DNA of 64,000 nucleotides, taken from an uncultured delta proteobacterium. Lineage in GTDB: Bacteria; Desulfobacterota; Desulfobaccia; Desulfobaccales; Desulfobaccaceae. The stretch spans positions 119,353 to 183,352 of the forward strand of contig CAVZSK010000022.1 in assembly GCA_963777875.1 (NCBI GenBank), written 5' to 3'. Position numbers and translations under genes: made by a program. Below are positions 52,128 to 61,945 of the stretch, piece after piece (positions within the stretch are counted from its first letter, which is position 1; every line of letters begins with the position of its first letter). The notes below the pieces were generated by a model. It was not told the origin of the DNA. It saw only the letters and a program-made list of their open reading frames with translations, and searched no databases.

Positions 52128-54707
52128 TTACGCTTCGGGCTTTGTGCCCTCCCCTTCCTTTTCGACGTGTTCCTTATACCAGACCGAATGATGCTTCTTG
52201 GCCCAGTTGCGGCTGACCTTGCCGTCCACCAGGATCCGCCAGGTGCCGGGGTTGGCGATGGTGCCCAGATAGGCGTGGGCAATAATCGCGGCCACGAAAA
52301 CCACTGCAAAGAAGCCGTGGATAGTAGACATCAGGCAGCTCAGGGTCAGGGGCAGGCTGGTCTTGAAAATCAGCAGCACCCCGGTAACACCCATAATCAC
52401 GGTGAGGATGGTGGTGATCCAGAAGAAGATCTTCTGCCCGGCGTTCATGTGGCCGGCCGGCACTTCCACTTCCTTGCCGCCCAGGTAGCCGCCTTTTTTG
52501 GCCAGCCATTCTTTGTCATACGGCTCAAATTTGGCATACTTGCCCCAGATGCCCACACTAATGATGGAGGCAACCAGGAAGATGAGCCCCACCACCCAGT
52601 GAATGATCACCGCCATCTCAGGAGTGCCGAAGGACATCCGCAGCAGGGTGACATTGTTAAAGAAGAAGATGTAGCCGGTAAAGGCCAGCACCAGGAAGCT
52701 TCCCATCCGGAACAGATGGGTCCAGCGTTCGGTCAGCGGGAACCAGGTGATTTCCGCCGGGGCCCCGTAGAAGTCGGCCACCTTCGGCCCCTGGCCGGTG
52801 TAGTGCAGCACCAGCCCAAACACCAGGATCAGCATGATGATGCTGACATACGGGGTCAGGTAGAGCTGGTGAAACTGGTTCAGGTAAAAGGCCCAGGGCT
52901 GGCAGCCGAAGAGTTTCCCCGAACTGATGGTGAGGGGCTTGCCATCCGGAGGTCCAAACATATCAGTGACAATCTGCCCCTTGAACATGTGAGCCTCGGA
53001 GGAATGACAGTCGCCGCACCCGTTCGCCCCCAGCGCCAGACCGGCCGCAGCCACATTGTGGTTGATATTGAACCCTTCCACGTGGCCGGCATGGGTGTGG
53101 TCGTCCTCCGAAACCACCTCGCCCTTGTCATTGAGATGATAATGCTTGCCCCCTTTATGGTAATAAGGCTTGATCTCCTGGAACCGCTTGTTCCCCTTCA
53201 GAGTTTCGCTCAGGGAGGTGAGCATCAGCTTGATCTGCTCCGGAGTATGGAGCTCGGGTTTCATGGGGTTGGCCGGCTTCAACTGGTCCTTGATCTTCTC
53301 AAAGGCCTTCTTATTCTCCCGGCCAAAGAGGGGGTAGTGAATGCCGTCTTTGTCCAGGTTTGTATAGAATACCGCCAACAGCGCATTCACCGGCGCCAAC
53401 TGGCCCCGTTTGAGCCGTTGGTAGCGGGGATGCCAATCGAAATAGTCACCGATCTTTTTAGGCGACTTGGCTAGATCCTCCAGATTAAATTTTGGATAAT
53501 TCACCATGGCGCCGGTGGTGACATCGAACCCTTCCCCCCCGGCAATGTGCAGGGTGGGGATGTGACAGACTTCGCAGGCCAGCTTCTCCAGGTGATTCGG
53601 CCGGATGCTCAGGTGGGCCGGACGGGGCGCGCCCATATAACCCTGCTCATGACAGCCCTTGCAGGTCTTGATGGTGTTGTCCAGGTCGTCCCTGACGCTG
53701 GAGACGTTTTCATCCCCTTTGGCAAACTGATGCTGAATCTTTTCCACCTTCAGCTTCTTGTCTTCGATGGCCGGATGGCAGTCGGCACAGGACATGCCCC
53801 GGGAGTTGTGGATGTCGAAGTTCTTGCGGTCGTTCCAGGAGAAGCCCCGCTTCTTGGAGTCGGACATGCCGTGACAGAAATTGCAGTTTTCCGAAGGGGG
53901 CGGATAAGCCAGATCCAAAACAATCTTGCCGTCTTCGTTGAACAACCGTTTATTGTAAACTACCTTGGGCTCCTGACCTTCTTTGACAAATCCGGCCACC
54001 TGGCCTATGCCCGAGGCCGCGGTGGAGGCCCATTTGAAGTTCAACATTTTCAGCTGTGTGTTACGTTCGGGAAAACCATAGCCCGGTAAATGGCAGAGCA
54101 AACAATCAGCCTCCACCACCCCCGACTTATCCCACTTGCTCTTGTAATAATCGCCGTCCAGGGATTGGGCCAGGGAGGGATCTGCCTTCACCCGCTGATC
54201 ATAGCGCTTGCCGTCCCGGTCAAACTCCAGGCCGCCGCCACCGGGGTGGCAACCGCCGCAAAATGGCGTACCGATGTTTTTGGGATCGGTGGGACCGCCG
54301 CTGACCCATTCAAACATGGCAATGTCGATCTCATCAGGGGTGTTGTTCTTTTTCTTCGCCAACTGGCGAAAGGAAGGCGGTCAGAACTTGCCCAGCATGC
54401 CGTCGGAAAGCACCCACGGCTTCCCTTTTTTGGCGGCAAAATCGTCGCTGATTTTGTCCCAGCCCTGCTGGAAGTGATAACCTTTCGTAATCTCGTCGTA
54501 CTTGTGGCAGGCGCCGCAGGTCTGGCGCGGGCTGTAAGGCTGATCGGCGTTTTCGCCGGTGAGTGGATTGATGATCTTGCCGTCTTCGGTCTTGAGATGG
54601 AAGGGGACGCAGGCCCGCTCCCTGGCCGCCGCCACCGTGATGAGCAGCAGCAACCCCAGAACCGCCAACAACAATGCCGCCGGCAGCCGAATCTCTCTCC
54701 TGGCCAT
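52128..54707 (-). CDS. Selenocysteine-containing octaheme cytochrome c fused to an FdnI-type cytochrome b (about 859 aa; UGA at 54381-54383)
   Basis: SD GAGGAGG, signal peptide. ORFs 54381..54728 and 52128..54362 are in frame and joined by GMLGKF-UGA-PPSFRQL. Eight CxxCH motifs; C-terminal ERWTH, IIHW, NAGQK..FW, IHG..AHAY, WAKKHH. Confidence 0.85.
54355..54370 (-). promoter_or_regulatory. Bacterial SECIS-like hairpin of the octaheme gene
   Basis: mRNA UUCGCC-AGUU-GGCGAA; loop starts 17 nt after the UGA with G at loop position 2. Confidence 0.7.
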
Positions 54708-55179
54708 GGGCACTCTCCTCCTCGGCAAATGATATGATTGCTGTTAAAATGTATCTGTTTTCAACCTTAAGTTCAATTGTTTTTTATGGCTAATTTCTCC
54801 TTGAGAACTATTCCTGCCTTTTCCAGGTTGAGGACAACACCGGCAATCGAGGGTTGAGTCATAGAAGCTCCCGGTTCCAGAGTCTTCGGCAAGCGGAAGT
54901 ACGCGTGCCTCCGGAGCAAGCAGCCGGACCTCAACGCTGACAGCTTCCGGGGCCCCAACCCGGTATGTGCAGCGGTTATCTCCCGGTAAATGCTCCCGGC
55001 CTTTTGAATGGCACCATGGCATACCTCTGGTTATCAAAAAACCTCGTCAGGGCAGACTTTTTGATTCATAATAATTGCAACAAATGACAACCACTTCCGG
55101 CTTTACACGGTTTAACGAAATGCTTACTTACTAATATATCGATTGACAGGATGAATAATTACCACATCGAGGAGGATTT

Positions 55180-55644
55180 ATGCCGCAGCTCAAACCCGGC
55201 GATCAAGCTCCAAGCTTCGATCTAGTGGATCAGCAGGGCCAAGCCGTCAAACTGGCAGATTTTAAAGGTAAAAAAGTATTGCTGTTTTTTTATCCCAAGG
55301 CCTTAACCTCTGGGTGCACCAAGCAGGCCTGCAGTGTTCGGGATGCCCGGACCGAACTGGCGGATTTGGGGGTGGCGGCCCTGGGAATCAGTCCGGACCA
55401 GGTTGATTTACAAAAAAAATTCGATACCAAGCATTCCTTGGGGTTCCCGCTGCTCTCGGACCCGGATCATGCTGTGGCCGCAGCCTATGGGGTCTGGGGT
55501 GAGAAATCCATGTACGGGAAGAAATACGAGGGCATTATTCGGTCGGCTTTTCTCCTTGACGAAAACGGCATGATTATCCAGGCCTGGTATAAGGTCAGTC
55601 CGGAGCAGACGGTGCCCAAGGCCAGGGAGGCTTTGGGTAAATAA
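55180..55644 (+). CDS. bcp: Peroxiredoxin Bcp
   Basis: FYPKALTSGCTKQAC, GISPD, FPLLSDPD, YGVWGEK..YGK. Confidence 0.95.
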   Translation: MPQLKPGDQAPSFDLVDQQGQAVKLADFKGKKVLLFFYPKALTSGCTKQACSVRDARTELADLGVAALGISPDQVDLQKKFDTKHSLGFPLLSDPDHAVAAAYGVWGEKSMYGKKYEGIIRSAFLLDENGMIIQAWYKVSPEQTVPKAREALGK

Positions 55645-55675
55645 GGGAAAAGGGTGTAAGGGCTGTGGGTAGTGA

Positions 55676-55733
55676 GGCGAAGCCGGAGCTTCGCTATCAT
55701 GCCTGGGTTCCCAAGCGGGAGCTTGGGAACCAG
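55676..55733 (+). repeat. Double-hairpin intergenic repeat, copy 1
   Basis: GGCGAAGCCGGAGCTTCGC-N12-GTTCCCAAGCGGGAGCTTGGGAAC; near-identical copy at 63820. Confidence 0.75.
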
Positions 55734-55750
55734 GTTTTCAAGGCAGTTAT

Positions 55751-57139
55751 TTAGAGGGCAAAAGTCTTTTCGGCGCCTTCGTTCCAGCCTTCCCACAAAA
55801 AGCCGTCCAGGCGGTCCTCGGCCAGCACCCTAAAGGCGTATTTCACCTGCTCGACGTAGAATTCGCAGTATGGCGCCGGGGCGTGCATGGTGCCGCTGGT
55901 GGTATAGACTTCGGCGGGACAGGGAGAGCCGCAGAAGTGGCGGATGGCGCAGCTGCCGCAGGGTTCAAAATCCTCGACTTTTCTATCGGTGACCTGGTGA
56001 AAAGGCCGGGAGTCCAACACATCGGGCAGGTCATCGGTAAAAAGATTGCCACCCTTGAACTGAGGCAGGCCGATGAATTCGCTGCAGGGGAAGATATCGC
56101 CGGTGGCAGCCACGGCAAAGAAGCAGCGCCCGCCGCCGCAAGGAGAGATATCGCACATCAGTCGCCGGGCCGTGGGCGCGGCAATACCGATGAGGATATT
56201 GGCGAAGTTGGCAATCACCAGGCGGCGCCCGGTCTGGTGATACAGCTCCCAGGTGCGGTCCAGCGCCTCGATAAAATGCCTGGCCAGCACCTGGTCAGCC
56301 GGCTTGACCAGACGCCCGCCGGCTTGGGTACAGCGCACCGGGTTGAGCATGGCGACCCTGACCTCATGGTTATGGAAAAAATCGACGATGTCGGTAAGAT
56401 GCGCCACATTTGACTGGGTCACGGTGCAGATGACACTGTAGTTGGCATACCCGGCGAGTTTTTCTAAAACCTCACTCACCTGGCCAAAGACGCTTTTCTG
56501 GCCCCAGGTCTTCCGGGTCTGGTCGTTAATCTCGGCCAGATGTGCATCCAGGGAAATCCCCAGGCTGACTTCGTGGTCCCGGATGAATTGTAAGGCGGTA
56601 TCATCCAGGAGAGTGGCGTTGGTCTGAATGCCGAAGCGGAAGCGAGGGGAAAATTCTTCGATGACCGCAAAAACGGCCTCCCGCCGGAGCATGGGTTCGC
56701 TGCCATGGAAGATGATCTGGGGCGGCACCGAGCCGGCCGGCATACTGCCCTGAAAATAATCAGCCAGAATTTCCAAAGCCCGGGTCATATCAGACTGTGA
56801 CATATCGACGCCGGAGCGGCGCAGGCCCTCGGGGAGGTAACAGTATTGACAGTTGAGGTTGCAGCGTTCGGTGGGGTTGAAATAGACCGCCGATGGTTTC
56901 AAACCGAATCGCAGGGCCTGCATCTCCTGGTCAAAGCGTTCTTTTTTCTCGGCAAAGATCTGGGCCAGTTCTTCTCCCAGGAGAAATTCCACGGCCTGGG
57001 CCTTGGGAGTCAGGGTCCAGAAAGCGCTGTCAGCCTCCACCACCGCCACATACTCGGGATGGCCGATATCCAAAAGATCGAAACGGGGGCCCGCCCCCAC
57101 ATTGGCACAGGCCCCAAAAAGATCAAGAGCAGAATTCAA
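55751..57139 (-). CDS. cbpB: Peptide-modifying radical SAM/SPASM enzyme CbpB
   Basis: NPTERCNLNC.YCY, FHGSEP, LMCDISPCGGGRCFFAV, PCSEF, C..CAIRHFCGSPCPAE; lies downstream of the cbpA peptide gene. Confidence 0.88.
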   Translation of the reverse strand: MNSALDLFGACANVGAGPRFDLLDIGHPEYVAVVEADSAFWTLTPKAQAVEFLLGEELAQIFAEKKERFDQEMQALRFGLKPSAVYFNPTERCNLNCQYCYLPEGLRRSGVDMSQSDMTRALEILADYFQGSMPAGSVPPQIIFHGSEPMLRREAVFAVIEEFSPRFRFGIQTNATLLDDTALQFIRDHEVSLGISLDAHLAEINDQTRKTWGQKSVFGQVSEVLEKLAGYANYSVICTVTQSNVAHLTDIVDFFHNHEVRVAMLNPVRCTQAGGRLVKPADQVLARHFIEALDRTWELYHQTGRRLVIANFANILIGIAAPTARRLMCDISPCGGGRCFFAVAATGDIFPCSEFIGLPQFKGGNLFTDDLPDVLDSRPFHQVTDRKVEDFEPCGSCAIRHFCGSPCPAEVYTTSGTMHAPAPYCEFYVEQVKYAFRVLAEDRLDGFLWEGWNEGAEKTFAL

Positions 57140-57153
57140 CGATACTTCCTCGC

Positions 57154-57291
57154 TTAGTTTTTCTTGTCCAACAGAATGTAATGAGACAGTCCGGTGTTGC
57201 TGCCGTTCAGCCCGCAGCTATAGCGGAAGCCGATGGGTTTGGCATCTTTGACGGAGTTTTTTACTTCTTTGTTGGGGTTGATCTGTGGCAT
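57154..57291 (-). CDS. cbpA: RiPP precursor peptide CbpA (45 aa)
   Basis: SD AGGAG; MPQINPNKEVKNSVKDAKPIGFRYSCGLNGSNTGLSHYILLDKKN carries the R.SC...TGLSHYIL motif. Confidence 0.85.
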   Translation of the reverse strand: MPQINPNKEVKNSVKDAKPIGFRYSCGLNGSNTGLSHYILLDKKN

Positions 57292-57340
57292 GGTTTTTCT
57301 CCTGTAACGTTGGTGTGTTGGTGTTACGGAACCCCCCAAT

Positions 57341-57378
57341 AAAAAAAGGGAATTCCGTACGAGGACGGAACTCCCTTT
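57341..57378 (-). terminator. Riboswitch expression-platform terminator
   Basis: Minus strand AAAGGGAGTTCCGT-cctcgt-ACGGAATTCCCTTTTTTT, between the aptamer and cbpA. Confidence 0.8.
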
Positions 57379-57402
57379 GCCATCAGCAGTTCAAGTCTAT
57401 GT

Positions 57403-57561
57403 CAGCAAGCAGGTCTTCTGACTCTCGGCTCAACCGGGTTGATCAGCCTTCCCATGAAGGTTTGCCTTCACAGTGACCGGGGGTTTCCCCTCAATCAACC
57501 CGTCCCCGATTACAGCGGCGGGACCGCCACGGAATTGCACCGTGTTCCGGGATGCTTACTG
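57403..57561 (-). ncRNA. Cobalamin riboswitch
   Basis: GGAA-CACGGTGCAATTCCGTG-GCGGTCCCGCCGCTGTAA...CACTG...GGGAAGG...GAGTCAGAAGACCTGC; closing helix CAGTAAGCA/TGCTTGCTG. Confidence 0.92.
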
Positions 57562-57605
57562 GGTGTAGTTTTTAACGCAGTTTTTTAAAAAAAGCAAGGG
57601 CTAAT

Positions 57606-57851
57606 TCAGTTTTCGGTTTCTGGTTTCTGGTTTTCGGCTGACTCGGCCTGAACCAGACAGGGAGGCACCGAATTGGTCAGCTTATCCGGCCAGTTATAAG
57701 CACAGTAGTAGTAGAAGGGGTCGTCCACAAAGCAGACGGTGAACTCTTCATAAATTAAATAAACACAACGATTACAGCACTCCGGCAGTTCGTCCCCAGA
57801 GGCAAAAGGAATACCGTGCTGCCCGGTGCGAAATTCTTCGGGGGTGATCAT
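57606..57851 (-). CDS. Small Cys-rich hypothetical protein
   Basis: SD GAGGA; 81 aa with ECCNRC, C, YYYC, PPC. Confidence 0.6.
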   Translation of the reverse strand: MITPEEFRTGQHGIPFASGDELPECCNRCVYLIYEEFTVCFVDDPFYYYCAYNWPDKLTNSVPPCLVQAESAENQKPETEN

Positions 57852-58002
57852 GACAGTTTATCCTCAATGCTACGGCAACCGTTTCGATGCTGACAACTTT
57901 TCTCATTATCTTAAAACCCAGAGAGAATTTCACCCTTAGATTTCATGGATTTCAATGCAAAGATAGTGTCCGGGCTTTCAATATCATAATTACCGCGCTG
58001 AC

Positions 58003-59986
58003 TTATTTAAACTTGCTGAAAATGGCGGCCAGTCCGATGGGTATCAGAATCCAGCCGCAGATCTTATGAAAATGGTAATAGAGCAGTTTCTGGAACGATA
58101 TCCGGGAGATTTGCCATAACTTGGCCAGGCCCAGATCCACCCCGGGCAGAAACTCGTCGAGACTGAGGAAGAAGCGCACGGCGATTTCCCGGAATTTGGT
58201 CCCCTGGGAGAGCCATTGCCAGTTTTCCAGATAGCTGGATTCAAACATCTTGGGATCGAAGATGAAACATCCAATGATAACAATGGTCAAACTGATCCAG
58301 AAGGTCCGGCTGGGTTTGCGGCCGTAGCCGGTCAGAACGTCCCAAAAGATGAAGGTGGCCAGGTTGGCGGGCTGCCACCATTGTTCCAGGGTTTCCCGGC
58401 GATTAGCCTGAATGTAGATCTCATCGGCCCGGTCACCGTAGCCGCCGCGTTTATAGTAATCCTCCAGTTGATTGTAACTGCGGGTATCAAAGCGGCTGTG
58501 ATCCAGCCAGGCCAGGAGCTGACGCCAGGCTTCGGGCCCCTCGCCGGCGCTGATACTCTGATAGGTCAACCCTTCGATCCAGAGGGCGTCTTGCGGTTCC
58601 GGCCAGGTAACCCCGATAAATTTGAGGGCCGCAAAACTGCTGTCCCGGAGGTCCGCCCGGCCGGTGATCTGCAGGTTTTTAAAGATGGTGGGACCATTTA
58701 CCTTAAGACGGGTGGCCTGGAGCGCCTGGAGGCTGAGATCAGCCAATATCAGGGAGAAATCTACCTGGGCGCCGTCCAGATTGACCTCGCTGCAGGTGGC
58801 TGGCGCCTCGGGGCTGCCATGAAGCATGAGATGCTTTAGGTGCGCACCCACCAGGGAGAGGCCGCCCTGGAAGCTGGTATCGCTGAAAAAGGCATGCTGT
58901 TCCACCTTGAGGCCGGAAAAATTGGCTTTGGTTTCGGGATGCCCGAATTTCGCCTGGTTAAAGATCAAGATGCCGCCAATGGAGGCCATGGGTAAAGTCC
59001 ACCGGCCCCTGAAAAACGGTCCCATCAAAAGAGGCCCGTTGAGTTACTCGCATACTGTTGAAACTGGCCACCTGCTCCGGGTTGGCAAAGTTGGCGCCAT
59101 CGGCATAGAATTCGCCGCCGATCTCGGCCCCCCCTAAATCCACCGGCCCGGCAAAGACGGCGTTCAGGAACGAGGTGCCCTGGGAAACTTTGATGCCGTT
59201 AAAAATGGCCTTGCCGGCCGAGCTGGCAAACCTGGCCCGGGCGGCATTCAATTCGCCGCCGATGCGGGCGCCGGAGAAATCCACGGGACCGGCAAAGACA
59301 GTCTGCTTGAGAGCTAAACTTTGGCCGACGTTAAGGCCGTTAAAGTTAGCTTCCTGCTTGGCATCGGCAAACCTGGCCCCGGTCAGGGTGAAAGCACCGC
59401 CGATGTCGGCACCGCCAAAATTTACCGGACCTTGAAAAACGGCCTCCCCGAAAAAGGCATCCACTGCCACTTTCAGGCGATAGAAATTGACCGGGCCGGT
59501 GAACTGCGCCTGTTTCAGGCTTAGACTCTTTTTAAACGTGGCGCCGCTGAAGTTTGCCGGGGCCTCGAAACGGCAGGAAAACAGAAAGACGGCATGGGGC
59601 ACCTCGGCGAACTCCAGGCTGAGGGGACCTGCCACCACGGCATTGACGATATAGATGCCGCTGCGATGGATCTTGACGCCGGGCAGGGCATTGGTGAGCA
59701 AGGCCTCGAGAAAGGCGGCCCGCAGACGGCGGGGGCCGGCCTCCGGTCCAAAGGCTTCCTGCAAATCGGCTACCTGTCCGGCCGCGACTTTTTCCAGAAC
59801 GAATTTTTCGGCGGGGTTCAGTTGATTCGAGTAAGGGAGGGCGAGTGGTTGGGCCAGCGCGGCGGAGGCCAGCAGGACGAGAAAGGCAAAAACGATCTGA
59901 GCCTGGCGGGATAGGAAGGCGGAAATTTTGGCAAGAAGATCAGCCTTGGCCTGTTGGTTCAGAGTATAATAGCCGGTGCGAGGCAT
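58003..59986 (-). CDS. Pentapeptide-repeat protein with C-terminal membrane domain (frameshift near 59000)
   Basis: Repeated F.GPVDF.GA.IGG units; Y.QL...Y...G....A..I and GYG.KP.R followed by TM helices and SLD.FLP.VDL. Confidence 0.8.
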
Positions 59987-60604
59987 AGGGGCAACCCAGG
60001 GATGAAGTTTCGAGTTTCGAGTTTTTCTAAAAAGTCTTTATTTATCGTCATAGCACTAAGTTAAACCAGTTGTCAATTCAGGAAAAGTTTAAATCCAGTA
60101 ATCAGCCGGATTCGCCGGTTGGGGCGCCTGGCATTCTTTTTCCGGTTGTTTCGAGGAATTTATTTATTATTAGCTAATATATTTAATTTATTCATCTTCT
60201 ATGGCAATATAAAGTATTTTTCGCGCTCATTTGCGCGCTGGTTTCGCGCTTATTTTTTCTTCTACCTTTTTGACTGGGGCGAAAAATGTCTGATGGTATT
60301 TCAGAGGAACGCTCCCCGGCTGCCGGGCTGTGTCAGGTCAGGAGAGGTAAGCAGCTCAGCGGCAGTTGGCAACGTTATACTAAAGATTTGGAAAAAAGGA
60401 CAGAACGGTTGGAGCGAATGTCACAAAAAAGGAGACGTCAGGCATCGGGAGGAGGGAAAGAGGCCTGACAGGGACGTTGGGGCGGCAGCTGATGATATTC
60501 GGCGTTTAGAGATGGATACGGTTGGTTATGATAAGGATTGGGAGAGGGCGAGGCTGGGAGCAGGGGAGACAAGGGATATGTTCGTTTGAGACGGATGAGG
60601 CGAA

Positions 60605-60634
60605 AGGCGGAAGCGCGGCGCTTTCCCGCCCTAG
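60605..60634 (-). repeat. REP-like palindrome
   Basis: Reverse complement CTAGGGCGGGAAAGCGCCGCGCTTCCGCCT. Confidence 0.7.
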
Positions 60635-60694
60635 GTCGGCAACTCCATACAGGCCCAGGGGAAATTTCTTATCTACGGCTGTATGGTTGAACTA

Positions 60695-61624
60695 TTAGTG
60701 GCTTCTGCGCAACTCAGTGGCCGGAAGTAGACAGGATAAGATAAACATGAGTTGTTTCTGGGTAAACTCCCCGATGTGCTCGTTAAGCCAGGGTAAATCG
60801 CCCGAAAGGATAGCAGATTTGGCCTCCAGGGACAGATTGTAGGGCTCCAGGGCCTCAGTCTGCAGGTCGATCAAGGCCCGCCGGAACTCTTTGTCTTCGG
60901 CGGTGCGGCTCAGCACCTTGAGGACCTCCCGTTTTTGGATAGACAGGGTTTTTTGATCCGCCGCGGTTGTTACCCGGGACTCTGCAGACCTTTTCTCCCA
61001 GCCTCTGGTTAAGGTTGGCAGGAAAAAATCCTGGACCAGCGGTCGCCAGCCTAACTCGGGATAATGTCCGTAGACATCATCGATGATGCTGCCACCGTCC
61101 GGGAGGGTGACACCCGTCGTGGTTTCCATGAAACTCAGCAAGCGGTGGGATTCCTGGTCAATCCAGACGGCGTTGCTCTCTCCAGAGAACAGGTTTGCCA
61201 AATTGCGCTGGAGATTATTCGCCCTTACCAAAAACAGCCAGCCTTCCTGATACGGATCGTCGTGGATCAGGCCGGGTTGCTGAAGAACCTTAGGATTGAC
61301 GGTCTCGATAATACCATCCACCGGCGCCAGGAAAGGGGCTTTGTGTCCTTGCCGGACCAGGGACATACAAATGTGATCCTGATAATAGACTTTGCCGACG
61401 TCGGGTAACTTAAGCTTGTCAGCCGGTCCCATAATTTTCTGAGAAAAGTCATCCAACCCTACTCGCACCTGATTTTCGCTTTCGAGTAACACCCAGGTAT
61501 GGCCCAAGTGCAAATAATAGTCGGTGATGGGCACCTGGAAGCCAAAGACATCCGTCATCTGAGGCGACAATGTAGGAGTAATATCTTCCCGCTTACCTTG
61601 CCCCCTATTCTTTTCCTCTGACAT
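60695..61624 (-). CDS. GcvH-like protein (no Lys at the lipoyl position) with a C-terminal NHLP/LigA-like helical domain
   Basis: YYLHLGHTWV, VRVGLDDFSQK, LAPVDG, HDDPYQEGWL; C-terminal VLSRTAEDKEFRRAL...AL..YNLS.EAK.AILSGD. Confidence 0.85.
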   Translation of the reverse strand: MSEEKNRGQGKREDITPTLSPQMTDVFGFQVPITDYYLHLGHTWVLLESENQVRVGLDDFSQKIMGPADKLKLPDVGKVYYQDHICMSLVRQGHKAPFLAPVDGIIETVNPKVLQQPGLIHDDPYQEGWLFLVRANNLQRNLANLFSGESNAVWIDQESHRLLSFMETTTGVTLPDGGSIIDDVYGHYPELGWRPLVQDFFLPTLTRGWEKRSAESRVTTAADQKTLSIQKREVLKVLSRTAEDKEFRRALIDLQTEALEPYNLSLEAKSAILSGDLPWLNEHIGEFTQKQLMFILSCLLPATELRRSH

Positions 61625-61677
61625 AGCCGTCTCTCCTTTATACGTAGTCGGTTGAGAATTATTGTAATTTATTTCTA

Positions 61678-61693
61678 TGCAACAACTGTACCG
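61678..61693 (-). promoter_or_regulatory. Sigma-54 promoter of the GcvH-like gene
   Basis: Minus strand CGGTACAGTTGTTGCA (GG-N10-GC), about 55 nt upstream of the ATG. Confidence 0.6.
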
Positions 61694-61945
61694 TCACGCA
61701 AGTATTTATCTATATCATAGAAATAACTGTTAAATTGTCTGCCTTCCCTTGGCCTGGCAATATTTTATTAACCAGCGACATAATTTTTTGTACAATAATC
61801 ACAACATACACTGGATATATTTAGTTAACATATCAATATTTTTGCAGATTTTATTGTTTAATATTTCAACAAGACGTTTTGCCATTTCCAGCACTTCTAT
61901 CCGGATTGGATAGAGAAGTAGTTAATGGAAAAGATACTATCTTTG

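Noticed and set aside
52128-52800. Formate dehydrogenase operon (fdnI)
   Set aside because: The cytochrome b is fused to the octaheme domain and no fdnG/fdnH is adjacent.
60119-60589. 156-aa ORF on the plus strand
   Set aside because: Spans AT-rich and purine-rich intergenic sequence, with a TTG start, no SD and no protein-like motifs.
60695-61624. Canonical glycine cleavage H protein (gcvH)
   Set aside because: The lipoyl Lys position is Gly, there is an extra domain, and no gcvT/gcvP is nearby.
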